From NCBI GenBank assembly GCA_000697335.1, contig JNEM01010257.1, positions 1 through 44,169 on the forward strand: a stretch of 44,169 nt of DNA, written 5' to 3'. This DNA comes from Conidiobolus incongruus B7586. Taxonomy: Eukaryota. A program made the position numbers and the translations under genes. Under the pieces are notes generated by a model. That model did not search any database and was not told the origin of the DNA. It worked only from the letters and a program-made list of their open reading frames with translations. Positions 14,111-26,423 of the stretch are shown here, piece after piece; position 1 is the first letter of the stretch, and every line of letters begins with the position of its first letter.

Positions 14111-15521
14111 TTTTAATGAGCATTTAAATTATTTTTTTAGCTACATATATAATTTTATCAACTATGTATTAATACTGGTAACATAATATTTAATTAATAA
14201 TCGGTCTATAATATAAGGTATAAAATAAATACATTAAGCATTATCAATCATTATATTACACAGACTGCAGAATAGTTTCTGTACCAATTCTAATTAAAAG
14301 TCTAAAAATTTTTAAAATTTAAATAAAATTGATGAAAATAATTGTGAAACATGATTTGATGAGTTGTGCACTTGTTTTTAGACATTTTTATTTATTATTC
14401 AAATTAAATATACATTACTTAAATTTAAAAAAATTATAAAAATTAATTAGTTAAATATTGATATTAATAAGTATTATTAAAACTATAATTAGACTCATTA
14501 AATTTTTCATAGTTCTGATTACTTTTATAATAATTCTAATTTCACTATATTAAATTGATTAATTATCTAAATTATATTTAATAAATTTTAAAAAGTCTAA
14601 AAATCAATATAAAATATTATTAAATATTATAATACTATTATATTTTAAAAATTTATAAGGTAAAATATAATAATTGATAAAATATTTAAATTTATAATGG
14701 AGTATAATTATTAAACTATTATTATTTATCATATTTAAAATTTGATATTCTAAAGTATTTAAGTGCATATTCTAGCTTTTATTTTTACCGAATTTTCTGA
14801 AGAATGTTTTTATTAAAAAAAATTGCATAAACTATTAAACAAATATAGAAAATAATTCTGAATATCAATATTAAATAAAGTTTTAAAATTAAATATTCTA
14901 TAACTTAGAACTGATTAATCATAACTATAAATAAATAAAAATAATATTTAACTTGATTATACTTTTTATTTAAATTTTCAATTTTTATTTTATAATAATT
15001 TAAAAATAATTTTCCCTAAATATTTACCCACTCTTAAAAGTGGATAAATTAATCACAATTAACAAATAATATTTATGAATTTTGTTTTAATATCTAAAAT
15101 TAGATTATTAAAAATAATAGATAAAAATATTATATAACTAATGCTATCATATTTTTAATATATAGTGCGCTTCTAAAATATAATATAATGGTTACCCATT
15201 GGTCAAAGATTGAGCAAAAATAATCAATGCTGAATGTTTCAAATGAAATAACTAATTTTAATTGGTATATCGAAAAAGTGTGGCTGTGAGATCAAATTTG
15301 ATTCAGAAATAATTTTCCTTAAATTGGACTTGATTTATGTTTGGAAATTTAAGGAGATGAAAAATTTAAAATATTCTGTAATCAAAGTAGGAGAAGATTA
15401 ATTATTGATAATGTGATATGATTAAAGCGAAATAAGATATGATGTGGATTAAAATATCTAATGATGATTTTATTAATATCAAGATAATAACAATGGAATA
15501 ATTGATTAGTTGAACTAATTA

Positions 15522-16832
15522 TTATTTTGGCTTCGTTCTCGAATTCAAATATTCCAAAGTGTAGTGGCAGTGAGCGGGACCGTTGGGAACATCACCTTGG
15601 TTACATACTTCAATGGATTTGAACCATTCGTCTTCAAGAATTTCAGCCATCGTTATGCGATCAGCAGGGTTGGGTTCAAGGATGCGCTCCATCAATCGTC
15701 TACAGCCTTCACTATATTGATTGAACTGGTTGCATACACCTTTCCGCCTCTTTTCAATGAAGGATTTGTAGTTGGAATCTTCCATAGAAGCCATGCGGAA
15801 GGGAATAGAACGGTGGCGCATACTGTAATAAACGATACCACAAGCCCAAATATCAATTAATCGAGCATCATAGTCATCGTCCGTCCACATTTCTGGAGCA
15901 ATGTAGGGTTCAGAACCGCACAAACCACGAGATCGATGACAAGTAGTTTCCCAAGCGGTTTTGAACACATCTGAAACACCGAAATCGGTAATCTTCAAAT
16001 GACAGAAGTCGTCGAAGATGAGATTCTCAGGTTTGATATCACGATGGGCAACCCCCATAGAGTGGAGGTAGTTCAAACCCAAAATTAATTGCTTAAAGCA
16101 GCAATTGATCTCTTTCTCTGTCATGTGATTGGATTTGATGATGTTGTAAAGATCTCCACCTGGGCAATACTCCATCACTTGACACCAATTCTGGTGCTCG
16201 TCCTGAATAAGATCAATTGTAGCAACGACATTCGGGTGAACGAGAGCACTGCTAATACAGAACTCACTTGTCAGCTTTTTAACATATTCCTTTTGAGTTT
16301 CATCCTTGCGCTTTTTTCTAAACTCTTTAACTGCAAAGTGCTGCTCTTTTTGTCCGCGATCGAGCTTGTGAGCAACCTTAACAACAGCTGTAGCGCCTTT
16401 GCCAATTGATTTGCGCTCACAAACACCATATTTTTCAGATAAAGATTTAGGCTGTTGTTGGATGTTGGAAGAGGAGGATGAAGTGGAAGAGAGTTGAGGA
16501 GAAAGAGGAGTTTTTGGACTGGATGATTTTGTGTTTAAAATATCAGACCAAATACTCTTAACATTACTCAAAAATTTCTCTTCACTGGAATGGTGTTTAG
16601 GACTAGCTGAACGAGGAGAGGGAGATTGAGAAGATGAGGAAGAAGATGAGAAATCGCTAGCGCCAGCATCGAAAAGATCTGGAGAGAATAAGGAGTTAGT
16701 GACGTTGGTAGAAGGAGTAATAGCACTCTTTTCGCAAGCTTTTTTAGTAACTAGAGGTTCAGGTAATTGCTGACGACGTCTAGCTTTGTTGTTAAGGCCA
16801 GGAACCCAATAATCAGAAGTGAAAGTAACCAT
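15522..16832 (-). CDS. Fungal HAL/NPR-family Ser/Thr protein kinase (Hrk1/Sat4-like), 436 aa
   Basis: GKGATAVV, AVKEF, 'KKLTSEFCISSALVHPNVV', HRDIKPEN, DFG, GSEPYIAPE; Ser-rich N-terminal extension. Confidence 0.9.
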   Translation of the reverse strand: MVTFTSDYWVPGLNNKARRRQQLPEPLVTKKACEKSAITPSTNVTNSLFSPDLFDAGASDFSSSSSSSQSPSPRSASPKHHSSEEKFLSNVKSIWSDILNTKSSSPKTPLSPQLSSTSSSSSNIQQQPKSLSEKYGVCERKSIGKGATAVVKVAHKLDRGQKEQHFAVKEFRKKRKDETQKEYVKKLTSEFCISSALVHPNVVATIDLIQDEHQNWCQVMEYCPGGDLYNIIKSNHMTEKEINCCFKQLILGLNYLHSMGVAHRDIKPENLIFDDFCHLKITDFGVSDVFKTAWETTCHRSRGLCGSEPYIAPEMWTDDDYDARLIDIWACGIVYYSMRHRSIPFRMASMEDSNYKSFIEKRRKGVCNQFNQYSEGCRRLMERILEPNPADRITMAEILEDEWFKSIEVCNQGDVPNGPAHCHYTLEYLNSRTKPK

Positions 16833-17002
16833 TGTTGAATTTAATCAATGCTAAGTTAAAATCAAATATAGGAATAAACCAGTAAAAGTTCAATCAAAAG
16901 GCTGGTAGTACACTTGTAGATAAAATAAGAAGCACTGAGTTGTAGTCCGTTAAAAATAAATCAAAGACCAAATTCAGTAAGTGAAATATACACACACACT
17001 TT

Positions 17003-17134
17003 TTAAAGAGACATGTTGGACCTTAATAGTAGTCCAAACTACGATAACAATGTAAAAGGTGATTAGAAGGAGAGGGGAGATGAATCAAGCGAAAAAAGAA
17101 TTAATCAAAATAAAACTTTGATAACTCTACTCAC
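17003..17134 (-). promoter_or_regulatory. Putative 5'-UTR intron (17134-17039) and 3-codon uORF (17014-17003, M-S-L-stop) of the kinase gene
   Basis: Minus strand reads GTGAGT donor, pyrimidine tract, CTAAT branch point and CGTAG acceptor. ATG TCT CTT TAA is the only ATG I found between the TATA-like element near 17400 and the kinase start. Confidence 0.5.
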
Positions 17135-20100
17135 GTTAATCTGTAGAATAGGAGTTAGACCTCAAGGTAAGTAAAGACACCCGGCAGCCGTTTTCAAACA
17201 CGAAAGTGAAACAGAAAAAACGAATAGCCGACGACTTGATAGCTTAAGAACTAATAGTTGTCAGAGGTAGCGACAATAGGTCACAAGAGACGCCCAACCA
17301 ATTGATGAAAAAATTAAATAACAAGGGGAAAGAGAAAGTGTTTCTTGATTTCGAAAAACTAAAATTAATGACAATTGAATGGATCACAGCCCCATTTTAT
17401 ATCATTTCCAGTCTCCCAATTCTTGTGCAAATTCAATCGGCCAATATCCAATATTATTCATTCTGATTTTCACCTATCAACAATGTCCAATTAAGATGAT
17501 TTATTTGCGCCTTATCATCCCCATACGTCCCACCCACTCTACTCACTCCCCATTCGCTTTAACTCTCCTAGTATCTGATTGGCTAAATGATCAACCAGTC
17601 ATTTGACATTTTTAGTCGAATTAATTCTTAATTGGCTAAATTGTGATCAACTATCCAATAAGACCTAGTTCCTCATTGTTGGAAAAAACAAAGTTAACTG
17701 ATTATTAATGAAGCAGAAGTTGAGGTAATTTCACCAATTCACCATTGAAAATAAAAAAAAATAACTTTCACCTTAAAAAAATCAAAACTAAAGCATTAAG
17801 ATTAGAATGCATACTATGAAAATAGTTAGAATTTTCACATTCATAAACTTACCAAATTAATTAAAAATCACTCATAACATGAATATACTTGACAAAGGAT
17901 ATCAAAAGAACACTCTTGGTCCAAGATCATCGGTTATAGACTGAATAGTTTTGCCAAGTGCGAACCAATGGTAATATAATTGGAAAAATATTTTTCCCAA
18001 TTAAAATTTACCAATCAACAAACTAAAAAATTCCAAATTAGAATTAATATTTTTATGATATAAAAACTTTTAAAATGAAAATAATATGATCTAAATAAAA
18101 ATAATTTATTGATAATAAATTGTTATTAATCAACATAATTGATATTATATTAAGACTGATGGAATTTTAATAAGCATTGACTAAAATAGGAATGATACTA
18201 CTGAATATTATATCATCTCATCATATTTTTCTCAAGTGTGAAGATTTAATCGTTTCAATTTAAACTAATGTTCAATAAATAGTATTAAAACCTCTTAAAT
18301 GAAATTATTACATTTTCAAATCGTAGATTTTATTTAAAAAATTTCATATAATTTAAATAATTAAAAATTATTATTATTATTATTATTATTTATTTCAATT
18401 TAGCAGTCATAATATTATATCAAAATATGATTTAATATCAACAATTTTGACCAATTAATTATGTTAATATTAACAAAGACTCGTAATCATACTAGCTTAA
18501 GTAAGGAGAGTAGGAGTTTTTTTAAATTTAATTTCAATAATTACCCCATATCTTAAGGTAAATGAATTACTAAATATATTCAAGCATTTGAATAATTGAT
18601 GAAAGTAAGAGATATGAATAAAGATTAAGGAGAAATAATAGCTTGAGAGATACTGCTTTGAGATCAAGTGATTACATTCAATTGGAAAGAATTGCTGCGC
18701 TCTGACAATTCTCAAATTATCAATACTTTTTTAATATTTTTAATTATGTTGAATGAAAACGTGTAAAATAAAGAAATAAAAAAGATAATCTCAGCACTGA
18801 CATAATGAAAAAATTCCTTGATTATATTGAAACTTTAATGAAATCATTCCTCAATACCCTATACAACTCTAATTATATTTCCTTTGTCGCATCAATGAAT
18901 TAGGTATTTAAGATTATATCATCGAATGTTTATAAGAGCAAATTTTCTTAATATTTATTTAGACTAAATTTAGTATTCAATATTTGCTTTAAAATTCTAA
19001 TTAGAAGTCTAATTTTTATTTAAATATATTAACTTTTCATACTTAATTCTAATTTTTTAAAAATATTTAACTGAATAATTATTAAATTATTAAATTATTA
19101 AATTTTTTTGAAATTTAAATTGAATAATACTAATCAAAAAGTTGTGATCTATGGTTAGGTTAAAAAGATTATTGGATTAAATTAATGATTAAACTCAAAT
19201 TAAGTTAAAATATCAAGTTTTCTCAATATTATGTAAACTGACAATAAAAGGTTGGAGAATTATTGACACATGATAAAATACCTAGTTTAATTTCAATACA
19301 TCTAAAGTTTCCTACATCTACTTAAGTATATTAGGTAATGTTTTTCAGCTTCATATATAAAAATTGTACTAGAAATTCCAATAGAATGGAAAATTTTCTA
19401 GTTGTTGTTAATATCAAAAATTTTCGAGGGTTCTAATATAAAAATATGCAAGCAATTAATAAATATGGCTATTCACCATTATTTTAATATATTATTTTTT
19501 TTGAATAATTCTAGATTAATAAATTTTTCTTGGCCTTAAACCTTGTTTTTAAATTTATCACGAGATTTTTAATTTGATAATTTTTATTAATATTAAAATT
19601 AAAATAATTCTCAAATTGTTGACAAATTAATAACTAAATATTTTGAATTTATAAAATTATTATTATTGTTAGAAATAAATATAAAATTTCCTTAATTAAT
19701 GATATTATTATTTATTTTTTATAAATTTGAATTGTAATATATTTGATACAGTTCACAATTAAATTCTACTGTCTAAAAATTTGATTATTGAAATATTAAT
19801 TTAAAAAATTAATTGAAATTTAGCCATGTGGTCAAAATGTTTTAATATTGCATTCATTTTACAATTACTTGATCATTCCACCTTATCAAATTTGTTGTTT
19901 TTACAAAGATATAATTGATAATGTATTCAAATATATTGTGCATATAACATTATTATCAAAGGGTTTATTTGCTTTTCATGCTTATTGATTTTAATTTTCA
20001 AATTAAACACAATTAACAGTGAATTATATGGTGAATAAATTTTTATAAATGGAGGGTAGAGTATGTTAATCATAGTTTGTATTTACATTTATATATTAAT

Positions 20101-21362
20101 TAATATCACACTACATATCTTAAACCAAATATTTTTATAAAACTAAAACAATTCAAAAATAGATTATTTAAACCAATTAATTTTAATAATTTTCAATATT
20201 AAGTTGATATAATTATCAATATATTTGGTATGACTAATATAAAATTTTGTATAATAATTATACAATGGTTAAATAACAATTGACTGAGTCATTCAAAATC
20301 CAATAGCTGAGCATTATTAACTTAATTTTTAATATATCACTCAAGGGTTAATCATATAAGTATTCATCAAAAATTTGAATACCTGATATAGATAATATAG
20401 GTAAACAAAATTTGACCAACTTGATTCAATTTTCATAATATAATATATATTAATAATAAATCATTCATATTAATTAATAAATAATTTTATTTTTTAAAAT
20501 TTTAATATTAATTATTAAATTTAATAAAAATTAATTTAAATATATTAAATAAAATATTAATATTAAATATAATTAATTTTAAAATTAATATCTCTATTAT
20601 TATATACAATATCAATTATATTTTAAATTTTTCTTGGATTTATAAATATAATTGATATTATCACTTGAATATTATTAATTTATAGACCCTATTCAAAATA
20701 GTAGATTAAAAAATGAAAATTTATGAGATATTATGAATTAATGATATAATATAAAAACTATATATAGATCCATTAGATAGAGTTGATTAATATTATTTTA
20801 TCAATTTATTTGAGATAAATATCTTAAAAATTTGTATATACATTTCAATTTCACCTATCATCAATATATTAATTCAACCAAATTTATTATATTATTAAAT
20901 TATGAAATTAAAATATTATAAAAACAAATTTAATTTAATAAATATATATTATTTATTCATATTATCAAATCCCTATAACTCAGTTATGATTATTATGATT
21001 GAATATAATTGATATTTTTTTTAAAAAATCATTTTATAAATATTAATTATAATTGAATAATTTACACTAAAATTTAATAATTCATAAAAATTAAATATTT
21101 AAAATAATACAATAGAAAAAAAAACTAATAAATTAAATTTAAAATTATTTTTATATATTATTATTATTATTATTAACATTTTGAGAATTGAATTTTTATA
21201 AATTTTTTGTTCATTAGATAATATATTAATATATTTGTTTAATTCAAAAAACTGAAATTTGAGGCTCAATTTGATATAAGATGAACTTTATTTATAGGTA
21301 TAATATATTACCCAAAAAAATTATTATTTTTAGAAAGTATTCAAATAGCTGAATATTAATGA

Positions 21363-21385
21363 ATATATATATATATATATATATA
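21363..21385. repeat. (AT)n microsatellite
   Basis: Directly visible dinucleotide run. Confidence 0.8.
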
Positions 21386-21697
21386 GTTTATTAATTTTTA
21401 ATTTAATAATTACTAATTTTATATCTAAGTTCCTATAGCGATTAATTAATTTAATATCAAAGATTTTTTTTCCTTTTAAATCTTTTATAATATTTTAATC
21501 TATTCAAAAATTTTTTAATTATCAATAAAATAATTGAATTATTTATTTTATAATATAATATAATATATTATTTATATTGAATAAATTTTTTTGTGATAAT
21601 TTTATTATAATATCACTTAAAATTTATATTGGAATTTGAAAAAAAAATTTTTAATTCTCCATATTAGGGTATTTCAATTATTAGGAATTTTAATAAT

Positions 21698-21745
21698 GAT
21701 CGAAGTTTCAAAAAAATTAACGAATTTTATTATTTAATATAAATA
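21698..21745 (+). promoter_or_regulatory. Shared upstream module of precursor A (GATC..TTCAA..TTAACG..TATAAATA)
   Basis: The same ordered motifs occur upstream of paralogs B and C; TATA box at 21738. Confidence 0.5.
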
Positions 21746-21819
21746 ATTGTATAATTCACTTATTTTATTATTATCAATTGATTATTTATTTATTTATTTA
21801 TTTATTAATATCCAAAAAA

Positions 21820-22338
21820 ATGACTCAATTTACTTTGATTTTAACTTTAGTTGCTTGTGCATCGTCAGCTGTTATTGATCGCAGAGAATTCGGCATCACC
21901 AACATCGCATCTCCAAATGTAAATCAAATGCAATCCCAGAGATCTGCCACTTCATTATTCCCATTTGTTCGCAGAGGCTTGAAAATGGAGCATGTCAACT
22001 CTCCAACTGTAAATCAACAACAATCTATCGAGGCTGACGAATTCGATTGGTTGGATGGCGAAGGTTGGGGAGATGACAATACCTTTAGCTGGAATAGTTT
22101 TAACAACGTTGGGGGTGTTAATAAAAATGAAGGATTTGGATCCCCTAGTAATGGATTGGGAAAGGTTATTGGTAATTTATTAATGCGTAGAAAGTTAGAT
22201 ATGTCTTATATGGCATCTCCTACTGTCTACATGATGCAAAAAATTAGTTCAAATCCTGTTTATTCTGGAGTTGATGAGGATTATGATTATACTGATCCTT
22301 TTTCTCCTATGTATGGTCATTTAACCAACATCAATTAA
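21820..22338 (+). CDS. Secreted Kex2-processed repeat precursor, paralog A (172 aa, 3 repeat units)
   Basis: First true ATG at 21820; signal peptide MTQFTLILTLVACASS; units after DRR, VRR and MRR each have S-P at positions 9-10; ends TNIN. Confidence 0.85.
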   Translation: MTQFTLILTLVACASSAVIDRREFGITNIASPNVNQMQSQRSATSLFPFVRRGLKMEHVNSPTVNQQQSIEADEFDWLDGEGWGDDNTFSWNSFNNVGGVNKNEGFGSPSNGLGKVIGNLLMRRKLDMSYMASPTVYMMQKISSNPVYSGVDEDYDYTDPFSPMYGHLTNIN

Positions 22339-23612
22339 TAATCAAATTTAATCACTTTCAAGCTGTTATTTATTCAATAAACCATATTTATATATTAATT
22401 TTTTCAATATAATAATATATATTTTCTTAATCTAACTATTTTTCAGAATTATTTTCATTAATTGATAAAACATTTTAATCATTTTTATCATTTTTATAAG
22501 AGTATTCTTTTATTTGTTATAACTATTGGATAAACATATATTTTATAATTTTTTTGAATTAATTGAGCATTATTGAAAAAAAGATATTTTTATAATAACA
22601 TTGAATATATCAGTATGTATTTTTATATTTTTTCTATTTGATTATGTTAATGATGGGAAATGATCTTGTCCATCACTCAAGAAACTCTGGTTATCACCCT
22701 AATACAAGGAGTCACATCAGAAGTACCTCATTTCATGAACTGGTTAAACTTATCATTTTCTCCTGTAAAGCATTCATATTCACAAATATTCACAAGTGAA
22801 ACTAATATAAGATTATCACAAGCAAACTAATAAACACATCTTTTTATCTTCATTTTCAAAAGTATCCAGTCTCTAAGTTTTTCCTATAACTCTCACGAAA
22901 GTATTGAGTTATGACAAATGTGAGATATTTACTTTATTTGCAGTAAGCTACTTTCACCTAATTTGGTGAATCCCTTAATTTCCCTTAACTTTGTGGTAAT
23001 CTATTGTTTACCACTAGCAATTCCCCATTTAAGCTCTAAAAGTCCATTTCCTCTCACATTTGCAGTTGTCATTAAGGATTGATACTGAGTGAATTAAGTA
23101 TGGTTCATTTAAAACATCGAGTGATATAAATATCTTATATTAAAATTTTAATAAATATCAATAGACAAAATTTTAATTATATCAATTATTTTAACTGAAT
23201 TGGTAATTTTGTAAAAGATATTATATTTCTCAAAGTTTAATTTTTAAATATAAAAATTCAAAATATAACTATTCATTGTTAATCTGATAAAATTAGGAAT
23301 TCAACAAAATTATTTCATTGACGAATTAGACTAATGATTGACTACTATATCTGAATATTTATAAGATATTAAACGAAATGAATTTTATAAATTTGAAATA
23401 TTGGTGATAAATTAGATATTAAAAATACTCATATAAAAATTCTAATATTAATTTTTATTCCATTTAAATTTTCAATAATAAAATAAATTTATGTATATTA
23501 TCATATCATTACTAATTTAATATTAAATTACGGTAAATTATTAAAATATTTTAAAAATTTTTAGTTTCAAAATTAATTTTTATTAATTTAAAATTACCTA
23601 AATAAATTTGAA

Positions 23613-23662
23613 GATCTATAGTTTCAAGAATTAAACGATTTAAATTTTAAATATTATAAATA
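23613..23662 (+). promoter_or_regulatory. Shared upstream module of precursor B (GATC..TTCAA..TTAAACG..TATAAATA)
   Basis: Same ordered motifs; TATA box at 23655. Confidence 0.5.
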
Positions 23663-23746
23663 CTACTCAAATTTATTAATATTATATTATCATCAAAATT
23701 AACAAAATTATTTAATACTAATTTATTTATATTGCAGATTATAAAA

Positions 23747-24196
23747 ATGGTTCAATTTACAACTATTATCAATTTAATTGCCATGGTATCAGCTTCTGTT
23801 ATTGATAGAAGGGGTTTCAAACTTGAAAATGCTAACTCACCAACCATCAATCAACAGCAATCTATCTCAGCGAATGAAGGTTTCGGTGAAGAAGGATTCA
23901 CTGACGGTTTCGGAGGTTTTGGCTCTGGAAATACAATGTCATTTGCAAGTTTCAACAATGTAGAAGGGGTGAACAAGGGCACTGGAAAATCAGGTGCCAA
24001 TCCTGGAATTCCAGGAATTATCGGTAATTTATTAATGAAAAGAAGTTTAGATATGTCGTATATGGCATCACCAACTGTATATATGGTACAGAATATTGAA
24101 GGAGTTCCCACTTATGTTCCGTATGGAGGCGAGAAAAAAGAAGATAATGTTATGGATAAATTCGCTCGATTGGGTGCTAATACCTTTATCAATTAA
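23747..24196 (+). CDS. Secreted Kex2-processed repeat precursor, paralog B (149 aa, 2 repeat units)
   Basis: ATG at 23747; signal MVQFTTIINLIAMVSA; units after DRR and MKR; shares LDMSYMASPTVYM exactly with paralog A; ends TFIN. Confidence 0.85.
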   Translation: MVQFTTIINLIAMVSASVIDRRGFKLENANSPTINQQQSISANEGFGEEGFTDGFGGFGSGNTMSFASFNNVEGVNKGTGKSGANPGIPGIIGNLLMKRSLDMSYMASPTVYMVQNIEGVPTYVPYGGEKKEDNVMDKFARLGANTFIN

Positions 24197-24969
24197 TTTA
24201 TATTATACATATTATTTATTATTACGTACAATTGTCAATAAAAACATCAAACTATTTATTATTCACCATTCTCTTAAAATTTAACAATTTTCCATATATA
24301 ATTGATTACTTCAGCTGTACTCTTATGATTTTCTATTATTATTTGAATAGTAGGAATTTACATTGAATATATATTAAAATTTATTTTGAATTTAAAAATG
24401 AAAATTAATTTATATAAATATCAATTGTTGCGATATAAACAAGTTAATATTTAGCTATTAATTTATCAATGTCTTCATTTAATTCTATTTAAACAATTCT
24501 CAATTTTGTCAGAATTCTAGCAGTTTATATTTATATAACATCTTAGAAGAAATGTAAAATATTAAATAAATAGAATATAGACATCTATTAAATTTACTTC
24601 TATTCATTTATTTTTATACATAGTATACAATTGAAAGAAATTAGATATATCTTGATATAAAATTAAAAGTAAAAAATCTGATTTGTATTGTTAAGACTAA
24701 TAGATAGAATAATTGAATAATATTTTTTAAAAATTAGATAGAAATATTGCATTTAATCCTAATAAATATATAATTTAATTCAAATCAAAATCAATTAAAA
24801 AAGAATTAATTTTATATTTATTACCATAGAGTCAAAAGAAATGAAAAATTATTTAATTTTTGATTTTTCAAACATATTATTTGTTTTAAACTCTATATAT
24901 ATATAAAATTCATATTAAGAAAATTATCTTTAAAGATTTATTATTTGACTTAATCATACTTAAACTAAA

Positions 24970-25850
24970 TAATGAGCATCAAAAGTTTTTTAATTTAATT
25001 TAGTTAAAACTTAGCCAGGTTTTTTTAATATCATTTAAAATTTACAAAATCTCATAAAAATATTATTCTATTTATATTTACTCTTTATTGTTAGACAAAT
25101 TATATTCAAGCTAAAAAGGAAATTATTTAAATTTTTAAAATACTTTAAAGGTTAATTTTAATATTATTTTTTTATTAATAATAAAATAAAAATATTTTTT
25201 TAAAAACATTATTTTACTTGATAATCAAGTTATCAAAACACTCTAATTTTAATTATATAAGTATATTATATATTTTATAAATTAAACCTGGCTTAATTAG
25301 TAAAAATATAAAATAATTACCTTGTATTTTTAATAAAAATTAATAAAGCTAAAATAAATATAGTTAAACAGAACCTATTAAAATATAGATAAAAACTAAG
25401 GCTTTTATAGTAAATCATTATAATTGATGAATTTTACATATTTTATAAACTCTTTTATTAAAACATATATCAAAATATTAGGTTAAGCTAAAATAATCCC
25501 TATTATAATTCCTAATAAATAAATATTTTACTTATAAACAGTTATTAATTGCTATAATAAATTATAATATCATATCCTATTTTTATTTAGTTTTTAAAAG
25601 AAAATTAACTATTAACAAATTTTGTATTGTTTTTTAAATAAAATTATTTTTAATTAATATTCTTAATATGATTTAAAAATACCTATTATTTTATAAAATA
25701 TTAATAAAATATATAAATTTCCAACTAAAAAAATTTTCTTATTAAAAACAATTAAAAAGCTACCATATCTAGTATATTCACTAGGTAACAATCTATATAA
25801 TTATATTTGCTTTATATAATTATAAAATATACTTAAAAGAAATTCTTTAC
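24970..25850 (+). mobile_element. Hypermutated Tc1/IS630-like transposase relic (boundaries approximate)
   Basis: Collinear degenerate motifs: IIIIDEF (25414-25434, cf. IIFIDE), G*AK (25481, cf. GWA), and LPYLVYSLGNNL (25760-25795, cf. LPxPAYSPDLNP). Many stops and frameshifts; no TIRs identified. Confidence 0.6.
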
Positions 25851-26295
25851 AAATAAATTTAATTGATTTGTGAATCATTAAAGTTCAGTCTTTAATAAAA
25901 AGAGTTATTGTTAAAGTGTTAGAAGTTTAATTAAAATATAACAAAAATTCATCAATAGTAAAAGTGAGTATTAATCTTATATTTATTTTTGTAAATTACA
26001 TATTAAATTGTTTTTCAAATTTTTAACAAAAAGCCTCTTTACTTAAAATAAGGAGTAATATTTTTCAAATTTGGTCCAAAATTTACTAACTGATAATATG
26101 ATATTCACTCAAATATTAAAAAAGATTATTCATTGCAAATCACTCTTAATAATGTATCCATCAATTGTTTTTATTATAACATATATATAAATTAAAATTT
26201 CCTATACAAATATTTTTATTTAATTATTTCATTTTTATTCATTATCAAATTTCCGTTAAAAAAATTTTTTAAATTATTAAAATTTCCATTTTAAA

Positions 26296-26349
26296 GATCT
26301 TCAAAATTTTATTAACGGTTATAATAATATTTTTAAATTAGTATAAATA
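26296..26349 (+). promoter_or_regulatory. Shared upstream module of precursor C (GATC.TTCAA..TTAACG..TATAAATA)
   Basis: Same ordered motifs; TATA box at 26342. Confidence 0.5.
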
Positions 26350-26423
26350 ACTCAAAATTGTCAATCTGGTGGCAGTATCATCAATATTATTTATTTATTT
26401 ATTATTAAGAACAGATATTTAAT

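Noticed and set aside
21778..21819. N-terminal extensions of precursors A (21778) and B (23732) in the ORF track
   Set aside because: They begin at TTG. The downstream ATGs give aligned signal peptides and consistent TATA spacing.
25011..25295. Possible Tourist/PIF MITE: GCCAGGTTT / AAACCTGGC inverted repeat with TTA flanks
   Set aside because: The repeat is only 9-10 bp, and the right arm seems to lie within the Tc1/IS630-like coding relic (KPGLISK), so it is probably coincidental.
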